A stretch of DNA of 64,000 bases from Halodesulfurarchaeum sp. (GTDB lineage Archaea > Halobacteriota > Halobacteria > Halobacteriales > Halobacteriaceae): positions 832,001-896,000 of the forward strand of contig JAXHNL010000002.1 in the NCBI GenBank assembly GCA_034520565.1, read 5' to 3'. Of the stretch, positions 51,423 to 62,168 are shown piece by piece. Below the pieces are notes generated by a model. The model made no database searches and had not been told where the DNA came from. It saw nothing but the letters and a program-made list of their open reading frames with translations. Each line of letters begins with the position of its first letter. The first letter of the stretch is position 1. The translations under genes and the position numbers were made by a program.

Positions 51423-52562
51423 ATGGATATCGCCGATATTGCGACGACGGATTACATCGAGGTTCCCGTCGACCGACGACTCGGAAAGGTTCGTTCGCTC
51501 TTCGATACGGAACACCCCAAGGGAATTATCGTCACCGAAGACGGCGCGTACCGCGGGGTCATCACCGAGCGGGCCTTGCTCCAGTCTCACGTCGAGGACG
51601 ACGCGAAGGCAGAAGCGTTGGCGGATCACGCCCCGAAGGTGTCCCGGACCGAGGACATCCGCGACACCGCTCGGATGCTCGTGGAGGGCAACACCAAGGT
51701 CGCGCCGGTGTTCGAGGACGACTCGCTCTGGGGGATCATCACGGAGGATCTGATCCTCGAGGCGGTTCTCGACAACCTCGACGCGCTCGACGTGGCCGAC
51801 ATTTACACGACGGATCCCGTCACCATCTCTCAGGACGCGACCGTCGGGCGCGTCATCAATCAGCTCCGCGAGAACGGCGTCTCTCGACTTCCGGTCCTCG
51901 ACGACGGGGCGCTTTCCGGTGTCGTGACCGTCCACGACGTCGTCAACGTCGTGGTCCGGGACATGTCCAAGGCCACCGTGGGCGACCGCCGTGGCGAGGT
52001 CGAGCGAGTGCTCGACCTGCCGGTCTACGATATGATGTCGAGCCCGGTCGAGACTGTCACCCCGGGGGTCAGCGTGGAGGACGCCGTCCGCCGGATGCTC
52101 GAGGGCGACTTCGGCGGGCTCGTCGTCGTCGATCCCCAGGACGACAGCCGCGTCGACGGGGTCCTTACGAAGACCGACGTCCTGCGGGCGCTCACCTACA
52201 CCGAGGAGACCCAGATGGACGTTCAGATCACCAACATCGCCCTCCTTGACACCATCTCCCGGGCGGAGATCCGCGAGCAGATCACCGGCATCAGCGACAA
52301 GTACAGCGACATGCAGGTCCAGCACGCCCACGTGCGCTTCCACCAGCACAAGGAGAAACTCCGCGGGACGCCGCTCGTGCAGGCCCAGATCCGGCTCCGG
52401 ACCAACCGCGGGCAGGTCGCCGGGACTGGCGAAGGCTACGGCGCGGACAACGCCTTCTACGTGGCGATCGACAAACTCGAGCGGAACGTTCTCGAACTGA
52501 AGGACATTCGCGCGGACGAGGAGTACGAGGGCCAGCTGCTCCGCAAGCTCAACGAGCTGTAG
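51423..52562 (+). CDS. Multi-CBS domain protein with C-terminal HPF/RaiA-like domain
   Basis: Four CBS repeats; C-terminal AQIRLRT…GEGYGA…AIDKLERNV resembles the HPF fold. Confidence 0.85.
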   Translation: MDIADIATTDYIEVPVDRRLGKVRSLFDTEHPKGIIVTEDGAYRGVITERALLQSHVEDDAKAEALADHAPKVSRTEDIRDTARMLVEGNTKVAPVFEDDSLWGIITEDLILEAVLDNLDALDVADIYTTDPVTISQDATVGRVINQLRENGVSRLPVLDDGALSGVVTVHDVVNVVVRDMSKATVGDRRGEVERVLDLPVYDMMSSPVETVTPGVSVEDAVRRMLEGDFGGLVVVDPQDDSRVDGVLTKTDVLRALTYTEETQMDVQITNIALLDTISRAEIREQITGISDKYSDMQVQHAHVRFHQHKEKLRGTPLVQAQIRLRTNRGQVAGTGEGYGADNAFYVAIDKLERNVLELKDIRADEEYEGQLLRKLNEL

Positions 52563-52616
52563 CAACGCGTCTTCTCACGGTTGTCGCGACTCGATTCCCT
52601 CCAACCCGCCGACTGC

Positions 52617-53312
52617 TCACCGACCCGACCCGGATTCGATCCCCTGGCCGGTGATCCTGAACTCGACGCTCTCGCCCTCCGCTTTCGCCCGGTGTTTCTC
52701 AAGGACCGCCTTCCGGTTTCCGCCGCGGTACCGGTCGAGGCGAACGATCGTTCCGGTCCAGTGAGAGAGCGTGTGCCCCCCGAGCGGGCGTGGACGGCCG
52801 TCTTCCCGGTCCGGGTCGCTGAAGACCTGGTTCGTGAGAACCACCGCGAGATCGTGTTTCCGGGCCAGTCCGAGGAGGTGGGTGACCTGGTCGGCCACGG
52901 CTCGCAGCGCGTCACCTACTTCGACGTCCGCCGCCCGCTCCACGCGATAGAACCCCGTCGCGCTGTCGAGGACGATCAGGTCGAGCTGGTCGCCGAACTC
53001 CGCGGCGTCCCTGACCGCCTCGGCCTGTTCGTCGAAGTCGATGGCCTCGCTGACGATCACGTCACGGGCGACGCGGTCCGGGTCCTCGGTCTGCCCGGCA
53101 AGCACCTGCTCGAACCGGTCGATCGAGAGCCCCTCGGTGTCGATGTAGAGGGCCTGCCCTCCACTGGCGGCGACGGCCACGGCGCTGCTCAGCGCGACGT
53201 TCGTCTTGCCCGCTCCCGGCGGGCCATAGAACTGCGTCGCGGTTCCCCGCTCGAGGCCGCCGCCGAGGAGGTCATCGAGCCCCGCACAGCCAGTGGGCAC
53301 GTCGGCTGTCAC
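52617..53312 (-). CDS. radB: DNA repair and recombination protein RadB
   Basis: PTGC..LDDLLGGG, YGPPGAGKT, LIVLDS, TNQV, KHR motif; GTG start inferred. Confidence 0.92.
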   Translation of the reverse strand: MTADVPTGCAGLDDLLGGGLERGTATQFYGPPGAGKTNVALSSAVAVAASGGQALYIDTEGLSIDRFEQVLAGQTEDPDRVARDVIVSEAIDFDEQAEAVRDAAEFGDQLDLIVLDSATGFYRVERAADVEVGDALRAVADQVTHLLGLARKHDLAVVLTNQVFSDPDREDGRPRPLGGHTLSHWTGTIVRLDRYRGGNRKAVLEKHRAKAEGESVEFRITGQGIESGSGR

Positions 53313-53420
53313 ACTGCCTTCTTCTCCGTGATCCCCTGAAAACCCCCCGGTCTCCCGCCGGAACCGGCGCAACGTTCTTCCGTGGTGGCATCACACCCTA
53401 ACACAACCCATCTGCCGACC

Positions 53421-55649
53421 ATGAACGAAGTCCAACTCGAGGTGGCAAAGGCCTACCCGAACGATTCGGGCCGGGGCATCGCCCGCCTCGACCCCGATAC
53501 GCTGTTGCACCTGAAACTCAGCCCCGGCGACATCATCGAGATCGAGGGAGCGGAGTGGACCGCGGCGAAGGTCTGGCGGGCCGACCGCCAGGACTGGAAC
53601 AGCGACACCGTCCGCATCGACGGGTTCACCCGCCAGAACGCAGACGTCGGCATCGGCGAGCGGGTGACGATCCGGAAGGCCGACACCCAACCCGCCGAGC
53701 GGCTGGTGCTGGCCCCGCCCGAAGACGCCAGCGTGCAGTTCGGCTCCGATGCAGCCGGCATGGTCAAACGCCAGATCCTCAAGCGGCCCGTGGTCGCCCG
53801 CGACATCGTCCCCGTGATGTCGAGCACGAATCACCCCTTCATGCGCTCCCCGGGGCAGGCGATTCCGCTGATCGCCGTCGAGACCGAGCCAGAAGGCACC
53901 GTTCTCGTCGACGAGGACACCGAGGTGGAGTTGCGCGAGGAGCCGATCGCCGGCTTCGAACGTACCGGCGGCGGCATTACCTACGAGGACATCGGCGGCC
54001 TCGAAAACGAGATTCAGCGGGTCCGGGAGATGGTCGAACTCCCGATGAAACACCCGCAGGTGTTCAAGAAACTCGGGATCGAACCGCCACAGGGCGTCCT
54101 CCTCCACGGCCCGCCGGGAACGGGCAAAACCCTGCTCGCGAAGGCCGTGGCCAACGAGACGGCGGCGAGTTTCTTCTCCATCGCCGGTCCGGAGATCATC
54201 TCGAAGTACTACGGGGAAAGCGAACAGCAACTCCGGGAGATCTTCGAGGACGCGAAAGACGAGTCCCCGGCGATCGTCTTCATCGACGAACTCGACTCCA
54301 TCGCACCCAAGCGCGAGGACGTGACCGGCGAGGTCGAGCGCCGGGTCGTCGCCCAACTGCTGACGATGATGGACGGCCTCGAGGGACGGGGCGAGGTCAT
54401 CGTGATCGCGGCGACGAACCGCGTTGACGCCGTCGATCCGGCACTCAGGAGACCGGGCCGCTTCGACCGCGAGATCGAGATCGGGGTGCCCGACGAGACC
54501 GGGCGGGAGGAGATCCTCCGCATCCACACGCGGGGGATGCCCCTCGCCGACGAGCGTGAGCCTCGCCGAGCTTGCCGATGACACCCACGGCTTCGTCGGC
54601 GCGGACATCGAATCACTCTCGAAGGAGGCCGCGATGCGGGCGCTTCGGCGGTACCTCCCGGAGATCGACCTCGACGAGCAGGACGTCCCGCCCTCGCTCA
54701 TCGACCGGATGATCGTCACGCCGGGTGACTTCGAGGGCGCGCTCAACGAGGTCGAACCGAGCGCGATGCGGGAGGTGCTCGTCGAACTGCCGAAGGTCTC
54801 CTGGGACGACGTCGGGGGCCTCGAGAACGTCAAGAGCCAGATCAAAGAGAGCGTCGAGTGGCCGCTTTCCGACGCCGAAGGCTTCGATCGGCTCGGCGTC
54901 AATCCGCCAGCAGGGGTCCTCCTCTACGGCCCGCCGGGACTGGAAAGACGCTGATGGCAAAGGCGGTCGCCAACGAGACCGACGCCAACTTCATCAGCGT
55001 TCGGGGCCCCCAACTCCTCTCGAAGTGGGTCGGGGAAAGCGAGAAGGCGATCCGACAGACCTTCCGGAAGGCCCGGCAGGTCAGCCCGACGGTCGTCTTC
55101 TTCGACGAACTCGACAGCCTCGCTCCGGGCCGGGGGCAGGACGCCGGAAACAACGTCTCCGAGCGGGTGGTCAACCAGCTGTTGACCGAACTCGACGGGC
55201 TCGAACAGATGGAGGGGGTGATGGTGATCGCGGCGACGAACCGTCCGGACATCATCGACCCCGCCCTCATCCGGTCGGGGCGGTTCGACCGGCTCGTGAT
55301 GGTCGGCCAGCCGGACGAGGCCGGCCGGGAAGAGATCCTCCAAATCCACACCGCCGACACGCCACTGTCCCCGGACGTGAGTCTCCGGGAGATAGCCGAG
55401 CGCACCGACGGCTACGTCGGCTCGGACCTGGCGACGGTCGCCCGCGAGGCCGCAATCGAGGCCCTTCGTGACGACCACGAGGCAGAAACCGTCGAGATGT
55501 CACATTTCCGCGCCGCGCTCGAGGACGTCCGACCCACCGTGACCGAGGAACTCCTCGAGTACTACGACCAGGTCGAGGAGGATCTCGCCGGCGGGACCGG
55601 CCCGGCAGTCGCGAGCCGGGACCACGAACGCCACCTCGGCTTCCAGTGA
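53421..55649 (+). CDS. cdc48: CDC48/VCP family AAA+ ATPase with two compensating frameshifts (about 54554 and 54937)
   Basis: N-domain, D1 [19 protein letters not shown]2 (Y)[18 protein letters not shown] across ORFs 53382, 54424 and 54858; first and last frames are identical. Confidence 0.9.
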
Positions 55650-55722
55650 TCTCGGCAGGCAGTCTTCGGGTTTTGAGCTATTGGTTGAGAAGAGGGAGAA
55701 AAAATCGACCGATTCGGCGCGG

Positions 55723-56112
55723 TCACTCCTCGTCGGGTTCCCAGTCGACCGCGATGGCGTTGACCTGGCCGGTCTGACCTGGGCGGGAGGTCACGCGGGC
55801 ATAGCCGAGTTCGGTCTCGATGATAGCGCCCTTGGTGATGATGTTCCGTCGGGCGTAGTTCGGGTTCGCGGGGTTGTCGACGACGTTCTCGATGTCGACC
55901 CGTTCGGTCTCGCCGTCCGTCGTGACGTTCGCGACGTCGGTCGCGAGCGCCCGGATCTTCGACGTATTGCCACGGGCGTCGACCGTCCGAAAGGACGGTT
56001 CGTCGAACTGCGTTTCGGTGGGGTTCCGACCCAGCTGGTGTTTCTTCTTCGTGCCGTGGGGGTGAATGCGGCCACCGGTCTTGGTTCGCGTGGAGCGGCC
56101 CTGGTCTTGCAT
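55723..56112 (-). CDS. rps8e: 30S ribosomal protein S8e
   Basis: QGRSTRTKTGG…RGN…NPNYARRNIITKGAII…VTSRPGQTG. Confidence 0.96.
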   Translation of the reverse strand: MQDQGRSTRTKTGGRIHPHGTKKKHQLGRNPTETQFDEPSFRTVDARGNTSKIRALATDVANVTTDGETERVDIENVVDNPANPNYARRNIITKGAIIETELGYARVTSRPGQTGQVNAIAVDWEPDEE

Positions 56113-56215
56113 ACCCCTAGGGAGCCCCAGCGCGCACTAAAACCCCTCGTTTCGTGCACTGCTCCATCTCCGGTCGATGACAACCGTTTAGGGTCGGGCG
56201 GTCGTTCGTCCGTCG

Positions 56216-56662
56216 ATGAGTCTCCGCGTCGCCGTGGCCGCACCCTTCAAACGATCCGGGCGGGACCGTCTCGCCGAGCAGGCATTCGTGGTCGACCTGG
56301 CCGTGGATCGCAACTGGGTCTCGCCCGACCAGGCAAAGCGCCTGGTCGAGTTGGGGACCAGCCGCGGCCTCCTCGAGGCCGAGGCAGACGACCTCGTCGC
56401 GACCTTCGACGTGACCGAGGTGACGATTCCGGACGGGTTCACCCCCGAGGAAACGCTCTTTCAGCGCCGCTCGCCGGTCGAAGTCGTGATCGACGCGCTC
56501 GTCGATGCCGGGACTGACCGTCGCGAGGCGGTCGCCTCGATCAACGCGCTCCAGCAGGACCTCTCGATCACCGCCGGAACGGCTGCGGTCCTGCGGGCCC
56601 GAGGGGCCGGCCTCGACGTTCCCGAGGCCGAGGCTGACGTGAAACGGGAGGTTGGATTCTGA
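56216..56662 (+). CDS. DUF2240 family protein
   Basis: MSLRVAVAAPF…W.SPDQAKRLV…IPDGFTP. Confidence 0.82.
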   Translation: MSLRVAVAAPFKRSGRDRLAEQAFVVDLAVDRNWVSPDQAKRLVELGTSRGLLEAEADDLVATFDVTEVTIPDGFTPEETLFQRRSPVEVVIDALVDAGTDRREAVASINALQQDLSITAGTAAVLRARGAGLDVPEAEADVKREVGF

Positions 56663-57030
56663 TGGTCGAGGAGCAAATCCGCGACCCTGACAGGATCGCG
56701 TCCCTTCTGCGTGCCGAACTCGAAGGGCTCGCCGACCCGCCGTTCGATTCGCTCGCCGTCGAAACACGGACGGAATCCCGCGGGGTTGGCGATCCCGCGT
56801 TCGACGTTCTCGCCGGCGAAAAGCTGGTCTTTGCGGCCACGAACCAGGACGATCGGCTCGTGCTGGAGTTCCGGCGACGGCCGGACGCGGTTCTCGATGC
56901 CGCAGACGCGGCCGGGTTGCCGGCCAGGCCGAAAGCGACCACGCCGCCGGCGACGGTGCTCTTCGTCGAGCGTGCAGCGGCGGTAAAGCGCGTGATTGAT
57001 GTGCTCCGGGCGACCCACGAGTCCCAATGA
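56662..57030 (+). CDS. Hypothetical protein
   Basis: Translationally coupled between DUF2240 and pyrF; RIASLLRAE…AAVKRVIDV. Confidence 0.72.
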   Translation: MVEEQIRDPDRIASLLRAELEGLADPPFDSLAVETRTESRGVGDPAFDVLAGEKLVFAATNQDDRLVLEFRRRPDAVLDAADAAGLPARPKATTPPATVLFVERAAAVKRVIDVLRATHESQ

Positions 57031-57830
57031 GCTTCTTCTCGGACCTCGCGGATCGGATCGACCGGGCCGACAGCGTCCTCAGCGTCGGGCTGGACCCCGA
57101 CCCGAACCGGCTCCCGGCCTCGGTCAGGGACGCCGACCTCCCCCGATGGGCGTTCAACCGACGGATCATCGACGCGACCCACGAGTACGCCGCGGCGTAC
57201 AAACCGAACGCCGCCTTCTACGAGGACCCCGACGGCTGGCGGGCCCTCCGCGAGACGGTGGCCTATGCCGAAGGGAAGGGCGTTCCAGTGGTGCTCGACG
57301 CCAAGCGAGGCGACATCGGCAAAACGGCCCGCCAGTACGCCGACCTCCTCGATGTCGTCGATGCCATCACGGTCAATCCCTATCTGGGCGGTGACTCCCT
57401 CCAGCCGTTTCTCTCGCGGGCCGAGAAGGGTGTTTTCGTCCTCTGTCGAACCTCGAACCCGGGTGGTGCTGACATCCAGAACCGGGAACTCGCGGACGGG
57501 CGGCGGGTCTACGAACAGGTCGCCGATCTCGCGCTGGGCTGGAACGAGCACGGAAACGTCGGCCTCGTCGTGGGCGCGACGGCTCCCGAGGAACTCGAAT
57601 CGCTGCGCGAGCAGGTCCCCGAACTGCCCTTCCTGGTTCCCGGCGTGGGGGCCCAGGGCGGCGACGTCGAGGCGGCAGCGACCGCCGGACTCGCCGACGG
57701 GGTCGGTCTCGTGAACTCTTCGCGGGGCATCATCTTCGCGGGCGAGGACGGCAAGGAGTGGGCCCCGGCAGCGGGCGTCGCCGCCCGACGGCTTCGGGAT
57801 CGCCTCAACGAGTATCGAACGGACGCCTGA
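57027..57830 (+). CDS. pyrF: Orotidine-5'-phosphate decarboxylase
   Basis: VGLDP, KPNAAFYE, LDAKRGDIG, RTSNPG, PGVGAQGG, NSSRGI. Confidence 0.95.
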   Translation: MSFFSDLADRIDRADSVLSVGLDPDPNRLPASVRDADLPRWAFNRRIIDATHEYAAAYKPNAAFYEDPDGWRALRETVAYAEGKGVPVVLDAKRGDIGKTARQYADLLDVVDAITVNPYLGGDSLQPFLSRAEKGVFVLCRTSNPGGADIQNRELADGRRVYEQVADLALGWNEHGNVGLVVGATAPEELESLREQVPELPFLVPGVGAQGGDVEAAATAGLADGVGLVNSSRGIIFAGEDGKEWAPAAGVAARRLRDRLNEYRTDA

Positions 57831-57909
57831 TCGGGCCGGCTCCGAACTCGACGGCCCGTTTGCCGCCTGCGGGGGTAGGCTTAACTCCCGCGCTGGCCAA
57901 CTCGCGAGC

Positions 57910-59505
57910 ATGGCCGGTGACAGGGCCCTGCTCCGCGAGGCCCTTTCGAAGGGCGAACGCACTGACGGCCGCGTCGAGTTCAAGGAGCGGCTCTCTCGGG
58001 AGGTCCACCTCTCCGAGGCCCGCTTCGAGAGTCTGGCCGCACAACTCCGCCACCGTGTTCTCTCAGGTGACGGCGAGGCCACCTACGTGGTCGGGGTCAC
58101 CGACGAGGGGCACGTGGCCGGCATTCCGCCGGCGGCCTTCTCCGAGTCGATGGAAGTGCTGAACTTGATCGCCGAGGAGGCCGGCGCCCACCTCGCCGAC
58201 GTCGAAACCTGGGGGACCAAAGACGGGATCGTCGGCGTGGCGACCGTGCGGGACGGCGGCTCGCTCGAGATCGCCTCGGATCATCTCATCGTCGGCACCG
58301 CCGGGCACGTCGATCACGGCAAGAGCACGCTCGTCGGGAGTCTCGTGACGGGTCGCCCCGACGACGGCGAAGGGGGGATGCGCTCGTATCTCGACGTGAA
58401 ACCGCACGAGGTCGAACGGGGCCTGAGCGCGGATCTTTCATACGGCGTCTACGGTTTCGACGACGCTGGCCCCGTCCGGGTGGACAAGCCCGACCGCAAA
58501 TCCGACCGGGCCACCGTCGTGGAATCGGCCGATCGCGTGGTCTCCTTCGTCGACACCGTCGGTCACGAACCCTGGCTCTCGACGACGATCCGGGGCCTGC
58601 TCGGCCAGAAACTCGATTACGGGCTGTTGACCGTCGCGGCCGACGACGGCCCGACCGAGACGACCCGGGAGCATCTGGGTGTCCTGCTCGCGACCGATCT
58701 CCCAACGATCGTCGCGATCACCAAGACGGACCTCGTCGCCGAAGAGCGGGTCGAGGAGGCCCAGCGGGACGTCGAACGCCTGCTCCGGCAGGCCGGCCGG
58801 AGCCCGCTTTCCGTCGCCCGCCACGGGGTCGAGGCGGCACTCGAAGAGATCGGCGACGGCGTGGTGCCGATCGTCCGGACGAGTGCGGTCACGATGGCGG
58901 GACTTCCGACCCTGGACACGCTGTTCGAGGCCCTCCCAAAGACGGCCGCTGCGGGCGGGGAATTCCGGATGTACATCGACCGGACTTACCGGATTACGGG
59001 CGTCGGACCGGTGGCCTCCGGCACGATCGAATCCGGGACGGTCGCCGCCGGCGACGAACTGCTGGTCGGCCCGGTCAACGACGGTACCTTCGAGCACGTC
59101 GAGGTCCGGTCGATCGAGATGCACTACCACCGGGTCGACCGGGCGGAGGCGGGGCGAATCGTCGGCATCGCGCTCAAGGGTATCGACGAGTCAGACCTCG
59201 AGCGGGGGATGGCACTCGTCCCTCGGTCGGCCGACCCGACGCCGACCCGGCGCTTCGAGGCGGAGGTTATGGTGCTCAATCACCCCACTCGCATCCACTC
59301 GGGCTACGAGCCGGTGGTCCACCTCGAGACGGTGAGCGAGGCCGCACGATTCGAGCCGCTCGACGGGCAGCTCTTGCCGGGAGATACCGGGGAAACCGAG
59401 GTCGAGTTCAAGTTCAACTCCTATCTCATCGAACCGGGCCAGCGCTTCGTGTTCCGGGAGGGACGGAGCAAAGGTGTCGGCACGGTGACCAGACGGCTGG
59501 AGTAA
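57910..59505 (+). CDS. GTPBP1-family translational GTPase
   Basis: VEFKE N-domain, GHVDHGKST, DTVGHE, TKTD, EF-Tu-like domains II/III, FREGRSKG. Confidence 0.92.
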   Translation: MAGDRALLREALSKGERTDGRVEFKERLSREVHLSEARFESLAAQLRHRVLSGDGEATYVVGVTDEGHVAGIPPAAFSESMEVLNLIAEEAGAHLADVETWGTKDGIVGVATVRDGGSLEIASDHLIVGTAGHVDHGKSTLVGSLVTGRPDDGEGGMRSYLDVKPHEVERGLSADLSYGVYGFDDAGPVRVDKPDRKSDRATVVESADRVVSFVDTVGHEPWLSTTIRGLLGQKLDYGLLTVAADDGPTETTREHLGVLLATDLPTIVAITKTDLVAEERVEEAQRDVERLLRQAGRSPLSVARHGVEAALEEIGDGVVPIVRTSAVTMAGLPTLDTLFEALPKTAAAGGEFRMYIDRTYRITGVGPVASGTIESGTVAAGDELLVGPVNDGTFEHVEVRSIEMHYHRVDRAEAGRIVGIALKGIDESDLERGMALVPRSADPTPTRRFEAEVMVLNHPTRIHSGYEPVVHLETVSEAARFEPLDGQLLPGDTGETEVEFKFNSYLIEPGQRFVFREGRSKGVGTVTRRLE

Positions 59506-59579
59506 CCGGACAAGGGGCGCGTTTTACCTTTACCCCTACAGCAAACCCCTCTTGCCCCATACTAGTGACACGACCAATC

Positions 59580-60530
59580 ATGCCAACCCGGTCACAACTC
59601 GCTCGCAGTGAACGGATCCATCGTCGCACCGGACGGACGTTCTACCTCGCGACACGCATGTTTCCGCGCCGGATCCGTCATTCGACCTACGTCCTCTACG
59701 CGTTTTTCCGGGTGGCTGACGACGTCGTCGACACGACCGAACCGATGGCCGCGGCCGCCCAGCGCGAACGCCTCGAAGGGATCAGGGACGCGGCACTCGG
59801 GCGGGAGGAGACGGACGAACCAGTCCTCGATGCCACGCGGGATCTGCTCGATACCCACGACGTTCCGGATGCAGAAGTCGAACGGTTCATCGACGCGATG
59901 ATCGCGGACATCGATCACGAACCCTACGGGTCCCGGGCGGCCCTCGAGGACTACATGCGCGGGTCGGCCGTGGCCGTCGCGAACATGATGCTCGCTGCGA
60001 TGGGGACACAGGATATCGAGCGGGCAAAACCCCACGCGGCAGCGCTCGCGAAGGCGTTCCAGTTGACGAACTTTCTCCGGGACGTCCGCGAGGACATTCG
60101 CGATTACGACCGGGTCTACCTCCCCGGGGTCATCCGCGAAGCCTATGGCGTCACCATCGAGCAACTCGAGGCGGGCGTTGCGGACGCTGGTTTCCGACGT
60201 GCGATGCAAGTCGAACTCGGCCGAACCGAGGATCTCTACCGGACGGGTGTCGCCGGCATTCGGCACCTCCCGGCGGACACCCAGTTTGCCGTCCTCGTCT
60301 CCGCCGTCCTGTATGCGGACTACCATCGGGCGATCGTGGCCCAGAACTACGACGTCCTCTCGGAGCGACCGACGCTGTCGACCCGTCGAAAACTGTGGTT
60401 GCTCGCCAGAGCCCGGTTTCACTGGGCACTGTCGGGTGATCCGGTCGCTGTCTTCGAACGTGTGGCGGCGATCGACCGGGTGGACCATCTCGAGGCCGAA
60501 CTCTTAGCGCCGGTCGAATCGACGATCTAA
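59580..60530 (+). CDS. crtB: Phytoene synthase
   Basis: TFYLAT, LYAFFRVADDVVD, FQLTNFLRDVRED…RVYLP; start may be GTG 59565. Confidence 0.92.
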   Translation: MPTRSQLARSERIHRRTGRTFYLATRMFPRRIRHSTYVLYAFFRVADDVVDTTEPMAAAAQRERLEGIRDAALGREETDEPVLDATRDLLDTHDVPDAEVERFIDAMIADIDHEPYGSRAALEDYMRGSAVAVANMMLAAMGTQDIERAKPHAAALAKAFQLTNFLRDVREDIRDYDRVYLPGVIREAYGVTIEQLEAGVADAGFRRAMQVELGRTEDLYRTGVAGIRHLPADTQFAVLVSAVLYADYHRAIVAQNYDVLSERPTLSTRRKLWLLARARFHWALSGDPVAVFERVAAIDRVDHLEAELLAPVESTI

Positions 60531-61346
60531 CAGTCGAGGACTCACGTCGAAGTCGAACCGTTCCGTCCGAAGCAGGCCGACGCCGATCAGCACCGCAACC
60601 GCCACCGGCAGCCACTGGCCGAAGTACAGGTTGACACCGCCCCAGAGGATGACGAAGCTGATCAGATCGTCGAGCATGAACCGGCAGGTCGCGAGCCGTT
60701 CGAGGACCCGTTCGCGGACCAGCATTCGGTCGAAAACCCACACCGAGATGGCACCGGAGAGCAGCCAGCCGGCGAAATTGCTCACCGGGACGCCGTAATA
60801 GCCGCCCCCGTCTACGTATCCCCAGAATCCCAGTCCCACGGCCCCCGGATCGAGGACCAGATCCATCGCCATGACCATCGCCAGCGTGCCACCGAGCCGG
60901 AGGCGGGTCGCGGTGGCCCGGGACCCCAACAACAGGACGACCAGTAGATAGCTGTTCAACACGAGCGGGAGGAAAAAGATCGGTAGCCCCAGGGGCACGT
61001 CGCCGAACAGCATCGGTCCCAGGTCGATGAGATAGTCGAACTCACCGTAGGGCAGCCCAGTTCTCACGCCAACCAGCTCGATCCCGTAGGCGTATCCTGT
61101 CAGGGCGAGCAGCCCGATCGTTCCCCGACGGTCGAGCAGGGGCAGAACGCCCGCGATGAGGGGTAACCGCATGACGGCGGTCCCGAAGAGGATGAGCGTG
61201 GGCTCGAAGGAGAGCGGGGCCGGGACCCAGCCCTCTGCACTGCCGATCAACAGGAGCGCCCCCACCGTTGGGAACACCACGGCGATGGTGAACCGGTTGT
61301 CGGCGACAGTGGTTTCCAGTCGCGTTTCGATCGCCCGCCTATCCAT
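60504..61346 (-). CDS. cruF: Bisanhydrobacterioruberin hydratase
   Basis: E..GV.TG.PYG, DLVLDPGAV, YYGVPVSNFAGW; in crtD-lyeJ-cruF operon. Confidence 0.9.
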   Translation of the reverse strand: MDRRAIETRLETTVADNRFTIAVVFPTVGALLLIGSAEGWVPAPLSFEPTLILFGTAVMRLPLIAGVLPLLDRRGTIGLLALTGYAYGIELVGVRTGLPYGEFDYLIDLGPMLFGDVPLGLPIFFLPLVLNSYLLVVLLLGSRATATRLRLGGTLAMVMAMDLVLDPGAVGLGFWGYVDGGGYYGVPVSNFAGWLLSGAISVWVFDRMLVRERVLERLATCRFMLDDLISFVILWGGVNLYFGQWLPVAVAVLIGVGLLRTERFDFDVSPRLLDRRFDRR

Positions 61347-62166
61347 AGACGAGCCTCCAGAGCCCCCCGATCGTCAACAGCCCGCCGACGAGCGTGTTGA
61401 CTGCCGGATACCACCAGTAGGCCCGGTCCACCGGCACGCCCGACCTGACGACGGCTGCGAGTAAGATCGAGTACGTTCCGAACGCCAGGCCGAGCCGCCA
61501 TTCGAGCGTCAGGAAGGCGAGCGCGGCCACGCTCCAGAGGAGCCCGCAGTACCGGAGCGCTCCTCGCTCTCCGAGCCGCGTGGCCGTCGTTTCGAGTCCG
61601 GCGGCGCGGTCGGGCTCGATGTCCGGGATGGCCGAAAACGTGTGCATGGCCATCGCCCAGACCCACCCGCCCACCACGGCGGCGAGCGGTGGGTGGGTCC
61701 CGGCAAGCGCCGTGTAGGCGGCGAACCCGGGGAGGACGTAGAGTCCGTTCGAGAGCGAATCGAGATATGGCCGCCCCTTCAGGCGGAGCGGTGGGGCGCT
61801 GTAGGCAGTCGCCATGACGGCCCAACCGCCCAGGTATCCCCACGTCGCCGCAGGTACCAATGCCGTCACAGGGACGAGCATCAGGCCAGTGGCGATCACG
61901 GCGCCAGGCACCAGCCGACCGCCCCGATATCTGGTCTCTCGGTCCTCCTTCTTCGGATTGTACTGGTCCGTATCCGTGTCGAACAGGTCGTTGATACCGT
62001 AGAGATAGACGTTGGCCGGGAGGAGGAAGTAGAGAAAAAGCACCCCGACAGTCGGCGACAGGAGCCGTTCCAGGCTCGTGGCTCCGTAGGCGGCTCCGAC
62101 GAGAACGGGTCCTGCGAGGTAGAGCCAGAAGCGTGGACGGGACAGGACGAACAGGTACCGGAGCAT
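61339..62166 (-). CDS. lyeJ: Lycopene elongase (UbiA-type prenyltransferase)
   Basis: LSRPRFWLY, YGINDLFDTDTD..NPKK, YSAPPLR, SAIPDIEPD. Confidence 0.9.
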   Translation of the reverse strand: MLRYLFVLSRPRFWLYLAGPVLVGAAYGATSLERLLSPTVGVLFLYFLLPANVYLYGINDLFDTDTDQYNPKKEDRETRYRGGRLVPGAVIATGLMLVPVTALVPAATWGYLGGWAVMATAYSAPPLRLKGRPYLDSLSNGLYVLPGFAAYTALAGTHPPLAAVVGGWVWAMAMHTFSAIPDIEPDRAAGLETTATRLGERGALRYCGLLWSVAALAFLTLEWRLGLAFGTYSILLAAVVRSGVPVDRAYWWYPAVNTLVGGLLTIGGLWRLVYG

Positions 62167-62168
62167 CC

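Noticed and set aside
54540-54945. Programmed frameshifting or split gene in cdc48
   Set aside because: One extra base and one missing base (the latter in a short G run) compensate each other, there is no slippery heptamer, and conserved motifs are intact; typical sequencing error
60504-60530. 27-bp convergent 3' overlap of crtB and cruF
   Set aside because: Short tail-to-tail overlaps are common in compact haloarchaeal genomes; no sign of added function
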